From Flammeovirgaceae bacterium UBA7330 (GTDB lineage: Bacteria; Bacteroidota; Bacteroidia; Cytophagales; Cyclobacteriaceae), in NCBI GenBank assembly GCA_002471275.1, contig DKPQ01000011.1, positions 55,652 through 119,651 on the forward strand: 64,000 bases of DNA. The letters run 5' to 3'. Positions within the stretch are counted from its first letter, which is position 1. Every line of letters begins with the position of its first letter. The position numbers and the translations under genes were made by a program. The notes below the pieces were generated by a model that had not been told where the DNA came from, searched no databases, and saw nothing but the letters and a program-made list of their open reading frames with translations. Below are positions 46,532 through 55,347 of this stretch, piece after piece.

Positions 46532-48013
46532 ATGAATATCAATAACATAGCAGTTCTGTTGAGTCTATTCGCTTTAATTACAAGCTGTAGCGCCCCGGTA
46601 CAGGAAGAAGTTCCGTCCCCGAACATCATTGTGATCCTGGCTGATGATCTGGGCTATGGAGATTTAAGTTTTTACAACAAAGCTTCAAAAATATCTACAC
46701 CACATATTGATCAGCTGGCAAAGGGGGGTATACATTTTACTGATGCACACTCAGCGGGTGAATGGTGCACGCCTTCAAGGTACGGACTCATTACTGGTAC
46801 CTACCCAGCCAGGATTGAGCTCAACTGGAGAGAGCGAAGTCTGATCGGGGATGATCAGGCGACCCTGGCGACCATGCTAAAAAGTAATGGGTATCAAACT
46901 GCCTGTGTGGGCAAATGGCACCTTGGCTTTGATGATCTCAATTGGGAAAACCCCGGTGAAATGGAAACGCTTTCGGGTGGACCCATTGAGCATGGATTTG
47001 ATTATTTCTTCGGAATGCATGCTTCGCTGGACATCCCTCCATATTTCTATCTTGAAAATGACAGGATAGTTGAGAAGGCAACGGGTTTTGTAGATGACCA
47101 CGCAAGCCCTGATGCAACGACGGTGATATCAGGAGCATTTTATCGGGCAGGGGCTAGTGCCCCGGGATTTAAGCATGATGATGTGCTGGATGTCTTTTTC
47201 GATAAGGCAAAAGCCTTCATTTCAGGTCATTTGACTGCTGCACCTGACAAACCCTTTTTCCTGTATCTTCCATTGACAGCGCCCCATACTCCCTGGTTAC
47301 CAAAGGAATCGTATCGGGGTAAAAGTGGTGCAGGGGAATATGGTGATTTTGTGATGCAGGTAGATGATTTAGTCGGGCAGGTGACTGATTTGCTTGATCA
47401 AAAAGGGATTACTGAAAACACCCTGATTGTTTTTTCTTCAGACAATGGCCCGGTATGGTTCGAAGCCGATATCGATAAGTTTGGTCATGACTCCAAAGCG
47501 GGACTCAAGGGAATGAAAATTGATCAGTGGGAGGGAGGATCAAGGATCCCATTGATCTTCAATTGGAAAAACAAGATACCTTCAGGACAGTCCTCGGATC
47601 AGTTGATCGGGGTCACGGATATGATGGCCACTTTGGCTTCGGTTGCAGGAGGTAGCAAGCTGGATTCAGGCTTTGATAGTAAAGATTTCACACCCGTACT
47701 CTATGGACAGGCTACCGACAATATTAGAGATGGTCTTGTGATCGGAAATAGTATCTATAGAAAAGGAGACATTAAGTTGATAGTAGGCTCAGGCCTGGGG
47801 TCTTTGAGCCGGCGGTACGATCCTGATGGTGTCTACCTGCCTGAAGCTGACAACCAGGGAGAAATATACAATCTCAAAGATGATCCTTTTGAAACAAACA
47901 ACCTGTTCACTTCCGAGTCCAACCTGTATCAGGAGTTGAAAGCAGAATTTGAAGGGATTATCGCGCGCAACAAAAAGTCAGAGCAGGACCATGATCTTCC
48001 GGCTGTAAAGTAG
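46532..48013 (+). CDS. Arylsulfatase (formylglycine-dependent sulfatase family)
   Basis: Signal/lipobox ITSC, DDLGYGD metal site, and the CTPSRYGLITG formylglycine motif. Confidence 0.85.
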   Translation: MNINNIAVLLSLFALITSCSAPVQEEVPSPNIIVILADDLGYGDLSFYNKASKISTPHIDQLAKGGIHFTDAHSAGEWCTPSRYGLITGTYPARIELNWRERSLIGDDQATLATMLKSNGYQTACVGKWHLGFDDLNWENPGEMETLSGGPIEHGFDYFFGMHASLDIPPYFYLENDRIVEKATGFVDDHASPDATTVISGAFYRAGASAPGFKHDDVLDVFFDKAKAFISGHLTAAPDKPFFLYLPLTAPHTPWLPKESYRGKSGAGEYGDFVMQVDDLVGQVTDLLDQKGITENTLIVFSSDNGPVWFEADIDKFGHDSKAGLKGMKIDQWEGGSRIPLIFNWKNKIPSGQSSDQLIGVTDMMATLASVAGGSKLDSGFDSKDFTPVLYGQATDNIRDGLVIGNSIYRKGDIKLIVGSGLGSLSRRYDPDGVYLPEADNQGEIYNLKDDPFETNNLFTSESNLYQELKAEFEGIIARNKKSEQDHDLPAVK

Positions 48014-48152
48014 TGTGAGCCGGGTTACAGGATGATTTTCGTTCTAAGCCAGCATGTGACTAAGGTTAAATAACCACTTTTTTGGTGAATTGGTTTTTAT
48101 TTACTTTCTGATTTTCCTGTCAATTCTGGAATGTTCCTGCTAATTTCGCGGC

Positions 48153-49784
48153 TTGGTTTTAAACAAATCGGTCAAAAAATTATCAAATTTGAAATCCAGG
48201 TTTACATTTATTGAGAAGGGACAAGGGAGTGTTAAACAAGATATCTTATCGGGGCTCACAGTAGCACTGGCATTGGTGCCGGAAGCTGTTGCCTTTGCAT
48301 TCATTGCTGGGATATCGCCTGTGGTGGGGCTCTACGGAGCTTTTATGATGGGGTTGATAACTTCTATTTTTGGAGGTAGGCCTGGGATGATTTCCGGGGC
48401 AACAGGAGCCATGGCGGTGGTGATGGTTCATCTGGTGAAAGAAGGAATTGAGCTGGGTGGTGGACAACAGGCAGCCGGCTTGCAGTATTTATTTGCTGCG
48501 CTTTTATTGACAGGGATTATCCAGATGGCTTTTGGTTACTTCCGGTTGGGGAAATTTATCCGTCTTGTACCGCATCCGGTAATGATGGGATTTGTAAACG
48601 GACTGGCCATTGTGATCTTTATGTCTCAGCTGGACATGTTTAAGTCAGGAGGAGAATGGTTGTCCGGATCATCACTTTTTATCATGATCGGATTGACTGC
48701 CCTTACCATGATCATGATGGCAGGAATCCCTAAAATACATAAAGGGATACCAGCAGCATTAACGGGCATTGTTGTTGTTTCACTCATTGTGATCCTGGGG
48801 AATATAGAAACAGAAACAGTCAGGTCCTTCATTCAATCACGGGGAGGAACTGGTATCAAGGCAGGCTTGCCAACTTTTAATATACCTATGGTTCCTCTGA
48901 ACTTTGAAACCCTGGAATTCATTGCGCCGTACGCATTAATTCTTGCCGCTATTGGATTAATTGAGTCCCTCATGACCCTGAACCTTGTGGATGAGCTTAC
49001 GGATACACACGGCAGCGGAAACAGAGAAGCCTTTGCCCAGGGACTGGGAAATTTTGTCAACGGATTTTTTGGAGGAATGGGAGGTTGTGCCATGATAGGC
49101 CAGAGTATTATCAATATTAAATCAGGAGGGCGTAACAGGCTTTCCGGAATTGTTGCAGCGGTTGCCTTGTTGTGTTTTGTGCTTTTTGCGTCAACCTACA
49201 TTGAGATGGTACCCATAGCCGCATTGGTCGGTGTGATGTTTATGGTGGTGATCGGTACGTTTGCCTGGAACACATTTAAGATCCTCAACAAAGTACCCTT
49301 AGCGGATGTGATTGTCATGCTGCTGGTGACGGTACTTACTGTAGTGTTTGACCTGGCAATTGCGGTATTTTCAGGAGTGTTGGTCTCTGCTTTGGTATTT
49401 GCCTGGGAAAATGCCAAACGCATTCGAGCCCGTAAATTTGTGGATGAGCATGGCATCAAACATTATGAGATCTATGGTCCGTTGTTCTTCGGATCAGTTA
49501 GCCTTTTTAACAGCAAGTTTGATGTAGCCAACGATCCCAACGAGGTGATCATTGATTTCAAGGAATCAAGGATCGCTGATCAGTCTGCCATCGAAGCTGT
49601 GAATAAGATCACGGAAAAATATCGGGATGCCGGCAAGACCATCCATCTACGTCACCTGAGCCCTGACTGTGTGAGGTTGATCGAACGGGCTGATGAGATC
49701 GTGGATGTAAACGTACTTGAAGATCCTGACTATTTTGTAGCTGTCGACAATTTCAAGAAATACAGTACTTACTCGGCTCAGTAA
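48153..49784 (+). CDS. SulP family anion (sulfate) transporter with C-terminal STAS domain
   Basis: DILSGLTVALALVPEAVAFAFIAG N-terminal signature and a C-terminal STAS (IIDFKESRIADQSAIEAVNK). TTG start. Confidence 0.85.
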   Translation: MVLNKSVKKLSNLKSRFTFIEKGQGSVKQDILSGLTVALALVPEAVAFAFIAGISPVVGLYGAFMMGLITSIFGGRPGMISGATGAMAVVMVHLVKEGIELGGGQQAAGLQYLFAALLLTGIIQMAFGYFRLGKFIRLVPHPVMMGFVNGLAIVIFMSQLDMFKSGGEWLSGSSLFIMIGLTALTMIMMAGIPKIHKGIPAALTGIVVVSLIVILGNIETETVRSFIQSRGGTGIKAGLPTFNIPMVPLNFETLEFIAPYALILAAIGLIESLMTLNLVDELTDTHGSGNREAFAQGLGNFVNGFFGGMGGCAMIGQSIINIKSGGRNRLSGIVAAVALLCFVLFASTYIEMVPIAALVGVMFMVVIGTFAWNTFKILNKVPLADVIVMLLVTVLTVVFDLAIAVFSGVLVSALVFAWENAKRIRARKFVDEHGIKHYEIYGPLFFGSVSLFNSKFDVANDPNEVIIDFKESRIADQSAIEAVNKITEKYRDAGKTIHLRHLSPDCVRLIERADEIVDVNVLEDPDYFVAVDNFKKYSTYSAQ

Positions 49785-49874
49785 GACCTACCTGGTAATT
49801 ATTATTTGTTCCAGGTGAAATGCATCAACTCATGATGTACTCATCTGGTAATGCCCAGGTCGATGTGTATACCT

Positions 49875-51464
49875 TTACTTATTCTTATGAAAATACTCGT
49901 CCAGCTTCAGGCGCATTTCGTCTTTGCTCGCATAGGAAGGAGACAGTGAAGGCTGTCCCGGGAAATTTTCCATGTGCAATGTCTGTGTTGGGAAGGCGAA
50001 ATTCACACCTAGTTTCTCTGCGAGCTTCATGATTTCCAGCAAGATTTCATGCCTGGCTTTCAATTCTTCCGGCCACCCGGGCACTTCAAAGAAGATATAA
50101 AACATCACATTCAGTGAGAAGGAGGCCATGTCATTGAAATAGACATTATAGTAATCCTTTCGGGTATCCGGGTGATTCTCCACGATCTTTCTGAGTCCCT
50201 CCACAAAAGTTTGAATCAATTCCGGAGGAGTATCATAAGTCAAAGCGATCTGTGTATAGAATCGTCGGTATTGCCGCAGTCCATGGTTGTCTACCGTACT
50301 GTCTGCCAGCTTGCTATTAGGCACGTACATCACAGAGTTTCGGAATGTCCTGATCCTTGAGCTTCGAAACCCAACTTCTTCCACAGTACCGTCGATATCT
50401 CCTGCAGTGATCCAGTCACCAATCTGGAATGGCTTGTCCACAAAGATCATCAGGGAGCCAAAGAAGTTTTTGATGGTATCCTGGGCCGCCAAGGCAAACG
50501 CCAGACCTCCAATGGAAAGACCTGTAAGGAGCGGAATGATATCTATGTTCAGGTTGTCCAGCACAAAGAGCGAACCAATGACAACCACAAATGTCTTGAG
50601 TGTCTTTCTTACCAGCGGCACTAACTGATCATCCAGGGTGGACTTCGTTTTTTCAGCCAGGTGTTTCAGGTACAGGGCCAGGATATTGACCAGCTGATAA
50701 AAGACGATAGTTCCGAAGATGGGTACCAGCACCCGAAGGAAAGTCATGAGTATCCAGGATATCTCAGACGGGAGCTGGAGTGCAGGCACAAACATGACAA
50801 TCATTGCAAATACGAAGAACAGACTCACAGGTCTGGCCACGGGTAGCAGGTAGCCATTAGCCAGGTCGGAATAACCGGCCCTTAATATTATTTTGACAAA
50901 CAGCCAGTTGAAGAACACACTGAGTAGCTTGTGTATCAAGACACCAAGAAGTGCCAATATTAATACACCCAGGTATTGATATAGGTGCAAGCCGAGAATC
51001 TCCTGTGTGCCAAGCTTGGGAAGCAGGTTCAACAATCTGCCAGTACCGTACCTGAAGATACTGGCATGGATCCGTCTTATTTCCCTAATGGATTTTTCAG
51101 AATAATACCATGACTCCCCCTGTTTTTCCAGGTAGATTGTCGGATATTGCTCTGTCAGCACATATCTGTGCTTGTTGATGGTGGAGTCATAGTAGTTAGG
51201 TTGTTTGGGTATATCTTCCATGTCGATATACACTCCCTCCCCATCAATGATTTGTTTTAGTTTAACCGCAACCCGAATGGCCTCGTCCAAAGGTCTGGCA
51301 TTGAGGTTAAAGGCTGTAGCAGCTAGTGAGTCGTTGTAGTAAGTACTTTTTAGATAGTGGAGGTGGGTATTGATGGCATGGTATGGCGAATTAAGGTTCG
51401 CTGTGTCCTGACTAAAAGCTAATAGGTTGAGGGAACAAAACAGTATCAGGAGTAGTTTTCTCAT
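49875..51464 (-). CDS. Mechanosensitive ion channel (MscS family)
   Basis: FQIGDWITAGDIDGTVEEVGFRSSRIRTFRNSVMYVPNSKL beta-domain signature, preceded by TM helices. Confidence 0.8.
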   Translation of the reverse strand: MRKLLLILFCSLNLLAFSQDTANLNSPYHAINTHLHYLKSTYYNDSLAATAFNLNARPLDEAIRVAVKLKQIIDGEGVYIDMEDIPKQPNYYDSTINKHRYVLTEQYPTIYLEKQGESWYYSEKSIREIRRIHASIFRYGTGRLLNLLPKLGTQEILGLHLYQYLGVLILALLGVLIHKLLSVFFNWLFVKIILRAGYSDLANGYLLPVARPVSLFFVFAMIVMFVPALQLPSEISWILMTFLRVLVPIFGTIVFYQLVNILALYLKHLAEKTKSTLDDQLVPLVRKTLKTFVVVIGSLFVLDNLNIDIIPLLTGLSIGGLAFALAAQDTIKNFFGSLMIFVDKPFQIGDWITAGDIDGTVEEVGFRSSRIRTFRNSVMYVPNSKLADSTVDNHGLRQYRRFYTQIALTYDTPPELIQTFVEGLRKIVENHPDTRKDYYNVYFNDMASFSLNVMFYIFFEVPGWPEELKARHEILLEIMKLAEKLGVNFAFPTQTLHMENFPGQPSLSPSYASKDEMRLKLDEYFHKNK

Positions 51465-51501
51465 GTAATTGATAATCTCTGATTAGAATTTGAATCGGAC
51501 T

Positions 51502-51535
51502 GGCAAAGGTAAGGCTTAATCAATTTACCTTTGCC
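51502..51535. promoter_or_regulatory. Perfect 11 bp inverted repeat carrying back-to-back TAccTTTG -7 boxes
   Basis: GGCAAAGGTAA-12 nt-TTACCTTTGCC in the 109 bp spacer between divergent mscS-like and dcp. Each arm reads TACCTTTG toward its own gene. Confidence 0.5.
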
Positions 51536-51573
51536 GCACTTTTTAAGCAATTTAAAAATCTCCAAATATCATT

Positions 51574-53613
51574 ATGACGAATCCACTTCTTCAGGCCTTC
51601 AATACTCCATTTGAGGTTCCTCCTTTCGCTGAAATTCAGACACAACATTATATGCCAGCCATCGAAGAAGGAATCAAAATCGCCAGGCAGGAAATAGATG
51701 AGATCACAGGGAGCCAGGAGGCGCCCACTTTTCAAAATACCATTGAGGCGCTGGAGTCATCCGGAGAATTGCTCTCAAGAGTTTCGGCGGTGCTCTTCAA
51801 CCAAAATTCGGCAGAAACGAGCGACGAGCTTCAGGCGGTGACCAAAGAGGCGTCGCCAGTACTCTCTGCCTTCAATAATGAGATCAAGCAGAACGAAGCT
51901 TTGTGGGCCCGAATCAAAACTGTATATGAAAAAAGGGGTACGCTTGGCTTAAACCCGGAGCAGATGATGCTTTTGGACAAGACGTATAAAAGTTTTGTTC
52001 GGAGTGGGGCCAACCTTAACGATGAAAAGAAAAAACGATTCAAGGAGATCTCCATAGAGCTGTCTAAACTGACATTGACCTATGGAGAAAATCTTTTGTT
52101 TGAAACCAATGAGTATGAGCTGATCATTGACAAAAAGAGTGACCTGAGTGGATTGCCTGCTGATGTGGTGAAAAGGGCAGCAGCACTAGCAAAAGAAAAG
52201 GGTCACGAAGGTAAATGGATCTTCACCCTGCAGGCTCCAAGCTATATTCCATTTATGGAGTATGCAGATCAAAGACATCTGCGGGAAAAATTATACAAGG
52301 CCTTCATGAGTAAGGCTTTCAAGGGTGATGAAAGAGATAACCAGGAACTGGTAAAGAAAATTGTACGGCTTCGAAGTGAGATGGCAAAGCTGTTGGATTA
52401 TCCTACCTATGCAAGTTATGTGCTTGAAGAACGTATGGCAACCAATCCTTTGCAGGTTCGGCATTTCCTCAATGATCTGCTGGAAAAAGCGCTTCCTAAG
52501 GCCGAAGAAGAAGTAGCCGAGATGAAGGCCTTTATGAAGGGGTTGGGGGTGGACCATGAGCTGGAGCGATGGGACTGGGGTTACTACTCAGAGAAGCTCA
52601 GGAAGAAAAAATATGCCATTGATGATGAGTTGATAAAACCCTATTTCAAGCTCGAAAATGTCATCTCAGGAGTTTTCCAAACGGCTGAAAAACTTTTTGG
52701 TTTGTCGTTTGTCAGAAACAAGGAAATTCCGGTCTACCATGCCGATGTGATTGCTTATGAAGTGTATGCTGGCAAAGAGATAAAGGCCGTTTTCCTTGCT
52801 GACTTCTTTCCCAGAAAAGGGAAACGCAGCGGAGCCTGGATGACTTCCTATCGTGAACAAAAGCGGAAAAGTGGAAAGAATATTCTACCGCAGGTAAGCA
52901 TCGTATGTAATTTCACGCCATCGTCTGAGGATGCTCCATCATTGCTTAAATTCGATGAGGTGAAGACGCTCTTCCATGAGTTTGGTCATGCGCTTCATGG
53001 TATGCTGGCCGATACCACCTATGGTTCGCTTTCCGGCACAAACGTCTATTGGGATTTTGTTGAGCTTCCATCCCAGATCTTCGAAAACTGGTGCTTTGAA
53101 AAGGAATGCCTTGATCAGTTTGCAAGACATTATGAGACGGATGAACTCATTCCAACTGATTTGGTCGAAAAAATTAAACAAAGTGCCAATTATCATGAGG
53201 CTTATGCTACTGTGCGACAGATCAGCTTTGGTTTGCTTGATATGGCCTGGCATGACCTGTCACTGGAGATGGCCGAAGAAATCAAAGACGTGGCGAAAGT
53301 GGAGCAGGATGTGTTTATGCAGCTTGATCTTTTCAACCCTGTTCCAGAGACCAATATGAGTGTGCAATTCGGGCACATCTTTGCCGGGGGCTATGCTGCA
53401 GGGTATTACAGTTACAAATGGGCGGAAGTACTGGATGCAGATGCCTTTTCCCTTTTCCAGGAAAAAGGCATTTTTGATCAGAAGACAGCACATTCTTTCA
53501 GGGATAATATCCTGAGCAAAGGAGGTACGGTGCATCCAATGGAATTGTACAAGCAGTTCAGAGGCAGAGAGCCTAAGCCTGAGGCGTTATTGAAAAGAGC
53601 AGGGTTGGTCTAA
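51574..53613 (+). CDS. dcp: M3 family peptidyl-dipeptidase Dcp / oligopeptidase
   Basis: HEFGHALH zinc motif plus a downstream E (FVELPSQ). 679 aa. Confidence 0.85.
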   Translation: MTNPLLQAFNTPFEVPPFAEIQTQHYMPAIEEGIKIARQEIDEITGSQEAPTFQNTIEALESSGELLSRVSAVLFNQNSAETSDELQAVTKEASPVLSAFNNEIKQNEALWARIKTVYEKRGTLGLNPEQMMLLDKTYKSFVRSGANLNDEKKKRFKEISIELSKLTLTYGENLLFETNEYELIIDKKSDLSGLPADVVKRAAALAKEKGHEGKWIFTLQAPSYIPFMEYADQRHLREKLYKAFMSKAFKGDERDNQELVKKIVRLRSEMAKLLDYPTYASYVLEERMATNPLQVRHFLNDLLEKALPKAEEEVAEMKAFMKGLGVDHELERWDWGYYSEKLRKKKYAIDDELIKPYFKLENVISGVFQTAEKLFGLSFVRNKEIPVYHADVIAYEVYAGKEIKAVFLADFFPRKGKRSGAWMTSYREQKRKSGKNILPQVSIVCNFTPSSEDAPSLLKFDEVKTLFHEFGHALHGMLADTTYGSLSGTNVYWDFVELPSQIFENWCFEKECLDQFARHYETDELIPTDLVEKIKQSANYHEAYATVRQISFGLLDMAWHDLSLEMAEEIKDVAKVEQDVFMQLDLFNPVPETNMSVQFGHIFAGGYAAGYYSYKWAEVLDADAFSLFQEKGIFDQKTAHSFRDNILSKGGTVHPMELYKQFRGREPKPEALLKRAGLV

Positions 53614-54602
53614 TAAAGTATTTCGCTATAAAAGTCTTTGCTTTCCCTGCGCAGGATGCCATGTAGGTCATTCATGAGGTTGTCAAGCCGGTTTTTGAGC
53701 TTTTCAATCTCTTTTTGCTTGGGCTTGCTTCCAAAAACAATTTCCTGCTCACTGGGAGCTCTCAGTGCTTCATAATATTTCCTGTCGGAGCAGAGTCTTG
53801 TTAGCTGGGCACTTACCACAGATAAGAGACTTAACGACTGGTTTGGCAAAAATTTAAGCTGCCTTTCCGGAATATCATATACGATGGCATTGATCTCATG
53901 AGCTTCGAGGTGAATGGGAGTCTCTGAATCACTTTGTAAGGTTCTGAGTAATCTGATCATTCGTTTCAGTCCCCCATTGGTCCGGTCATCTTTGGCATTG
54001 ATCCTCGCAATGCTTTTGAATGGCAGGTAATTTCGCTTGGTCTTTTCTCCAAATCTGAATTCACAGATCCCCCTTTCGATCTCTCTTCGGGTTTCCAGAA
54101 AACTGCGGTTGTTGATCCAGATGGCGGGTTGTATATTGACCCTGCACGATGGCTTTTCTGTGAGTACTGCTATTTCGTGCTGGTTGCTGAAGCCTGATTT
54201 TTGCACGAACCTGAGACCCTTCATCATGCTGATGATCTCCCGAATAAGAAACTGGATTTCCTGCCAGGGTTTGTCTGTTTGCGCTTCGATTAAAGCGAGT
54301 AAGGTGACATCACCAAATAAGGTGATGTGGGTGTCTGTCTGTATCGGCCCATCATACCGGAAATTGATTTTAACAGGGGCTTTGGCCAGTCCTGCCTCAA
54401 TGCTGTCCTGGATCTTCTTGGTGATAGAAAAAACCTTGTATGAGTAGGAGTGATCAATTTCTACCATAGACTCCAATGCATATCTCAATGCATTGGGGTA
54501 GCCTCTATGAGAAAAAGCATCTGAAATAATTGGTTCTGACTTTGCTTCGTCAAATCTTCTTTTACGCAGGTTGTTTATTAAAAGCTCGTAGTTGGCTCCC
54601 AT
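53610..54602 (-). CDS. cGAS/DncV-like (CD-NTase/SMODS-type) nucleotidyltransferase-fold protein with apparently degenerate catalytic residues
   Basis: F-RYDGPIQTDTHITLFGDVTLL aligns by eye to the family block F.YQGSV..THI...SDIDLL. RVNIQPA aligns to VDVVPA. NGGLKRMIRLLRTL aligns to the conserved ..RLLK.W helix. The spacing is G85 to D98 to N156. Confidence 0.5.
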   Translation of the reverse strand: MGANYELLINNLRKRRFDEAKSEPIISDAFSHRGYPNALRYALESMVEIDHSYSYKVFSITKKIQDSIEAGLAKAPVKINFRYDGPIQTDTHITLFGDVTLLALIEAQTDKPWQEIQFLIREIISMMKGLRFVQKSGFSNQHEIAVLTEKPSCRVNIQPAIWINNRSFLETRREIERGICEFRFGEKTKRNYLPFKSIARINAKDDRTNGGLKRMIRLLRTLQSDSETPIHLEAHEINAIVYDIPERQLKFLPNQSLSLLSVVSAQLTRLCSDRKYYEALRAPSEQEIVFGSKPKQKEIEKLKNRLDNLMNDLHGILRRESKDFYSEILY

Positions 54603-54701
54603 TAATAAAGTGATCTTAACAGACCAAAATAGTTGTTAATTCGGTGAAATTATAAATTAATTGGGAGATTCTCCGATTAAAACCGGGCAGACAGGGAGTG
54701 T

Positions 54702-55124
54702 TTAATTGCTAGTGATCACCAGTTGGACAGAGTAATCAGACTTATCGATCTGGTTTTCAGCTTTTTCAGGATAGGGAATGACTTTCAGCAATTCAATGGT
54801 GTAATGGCCAATGTTGATCTTATTAGCCTGATTTTCTTTTAAAGTTCCGGTAGTTAATTCTTTGGTAAGGATTTCGAAATTTTCGTTGATCTCAATCTTT
54901 ACTCTGGCCTGACCTTCCCACACGCAGATGGCATTGGCAGGACATCTTGAATCTTCCAGCAGATCTATAAAAGAAATTGAAAAATGGTCCTGTCCATCCA
55001 GTATTTTGGTTTCCCCATACTGAAGCACAAATGTTTCATCCAGGCTTATCTTTCTTCCTTCTTCATCACAAGAGAAAAGAATAAACAGGATAATAATGTA
55101 AATGACTTTTATCAAAATTTTCAT
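54702..55124 (-). CDS. Small lipoprotein, unknown function
   Basis: Lipobox ILFSC, plus the motif DSRCPANAICVWEGQARV. Confidence 0.5.
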   Translation of the reverse strand: MKILIKVIYIIILFILFSCDEEGRKISLDETFVLQYGETKILDGQDHFSISFIDLLEDSRCPANAICVWEGQARVKIEINENFEILTKELTTGTLKENQANKINIGHYTIELLKVIPYPEKAENQIDKSDYSVQLVITSN

Positions 55125-55347
55125 AATTGAAAACCCCTCCCCAAACTGACACCAATAATCGTGCTAAGGTTGTATTATTGGAAAATATTTTTTAAAAACA
55201 GTTGTTTTTTATCAGAATTTATTTCCTTTGCACCATTATGCTACGTTCAGCAGATATAGTGCCCTTTTTTACCAATTGCTAATCAGCGTTGGTCCCTTCT
55301 AATCAGGGCTTCAAAACCATTCTCTTTTACTTTTTATCTCCTATATC

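Noticed and set aside
51520-51735. 71 aa minus-strand ORF over the dcp start
   Set aside because: It overlaps the dcp promoter dyad and the conserved N-terminus of Dcp, and it has no features.
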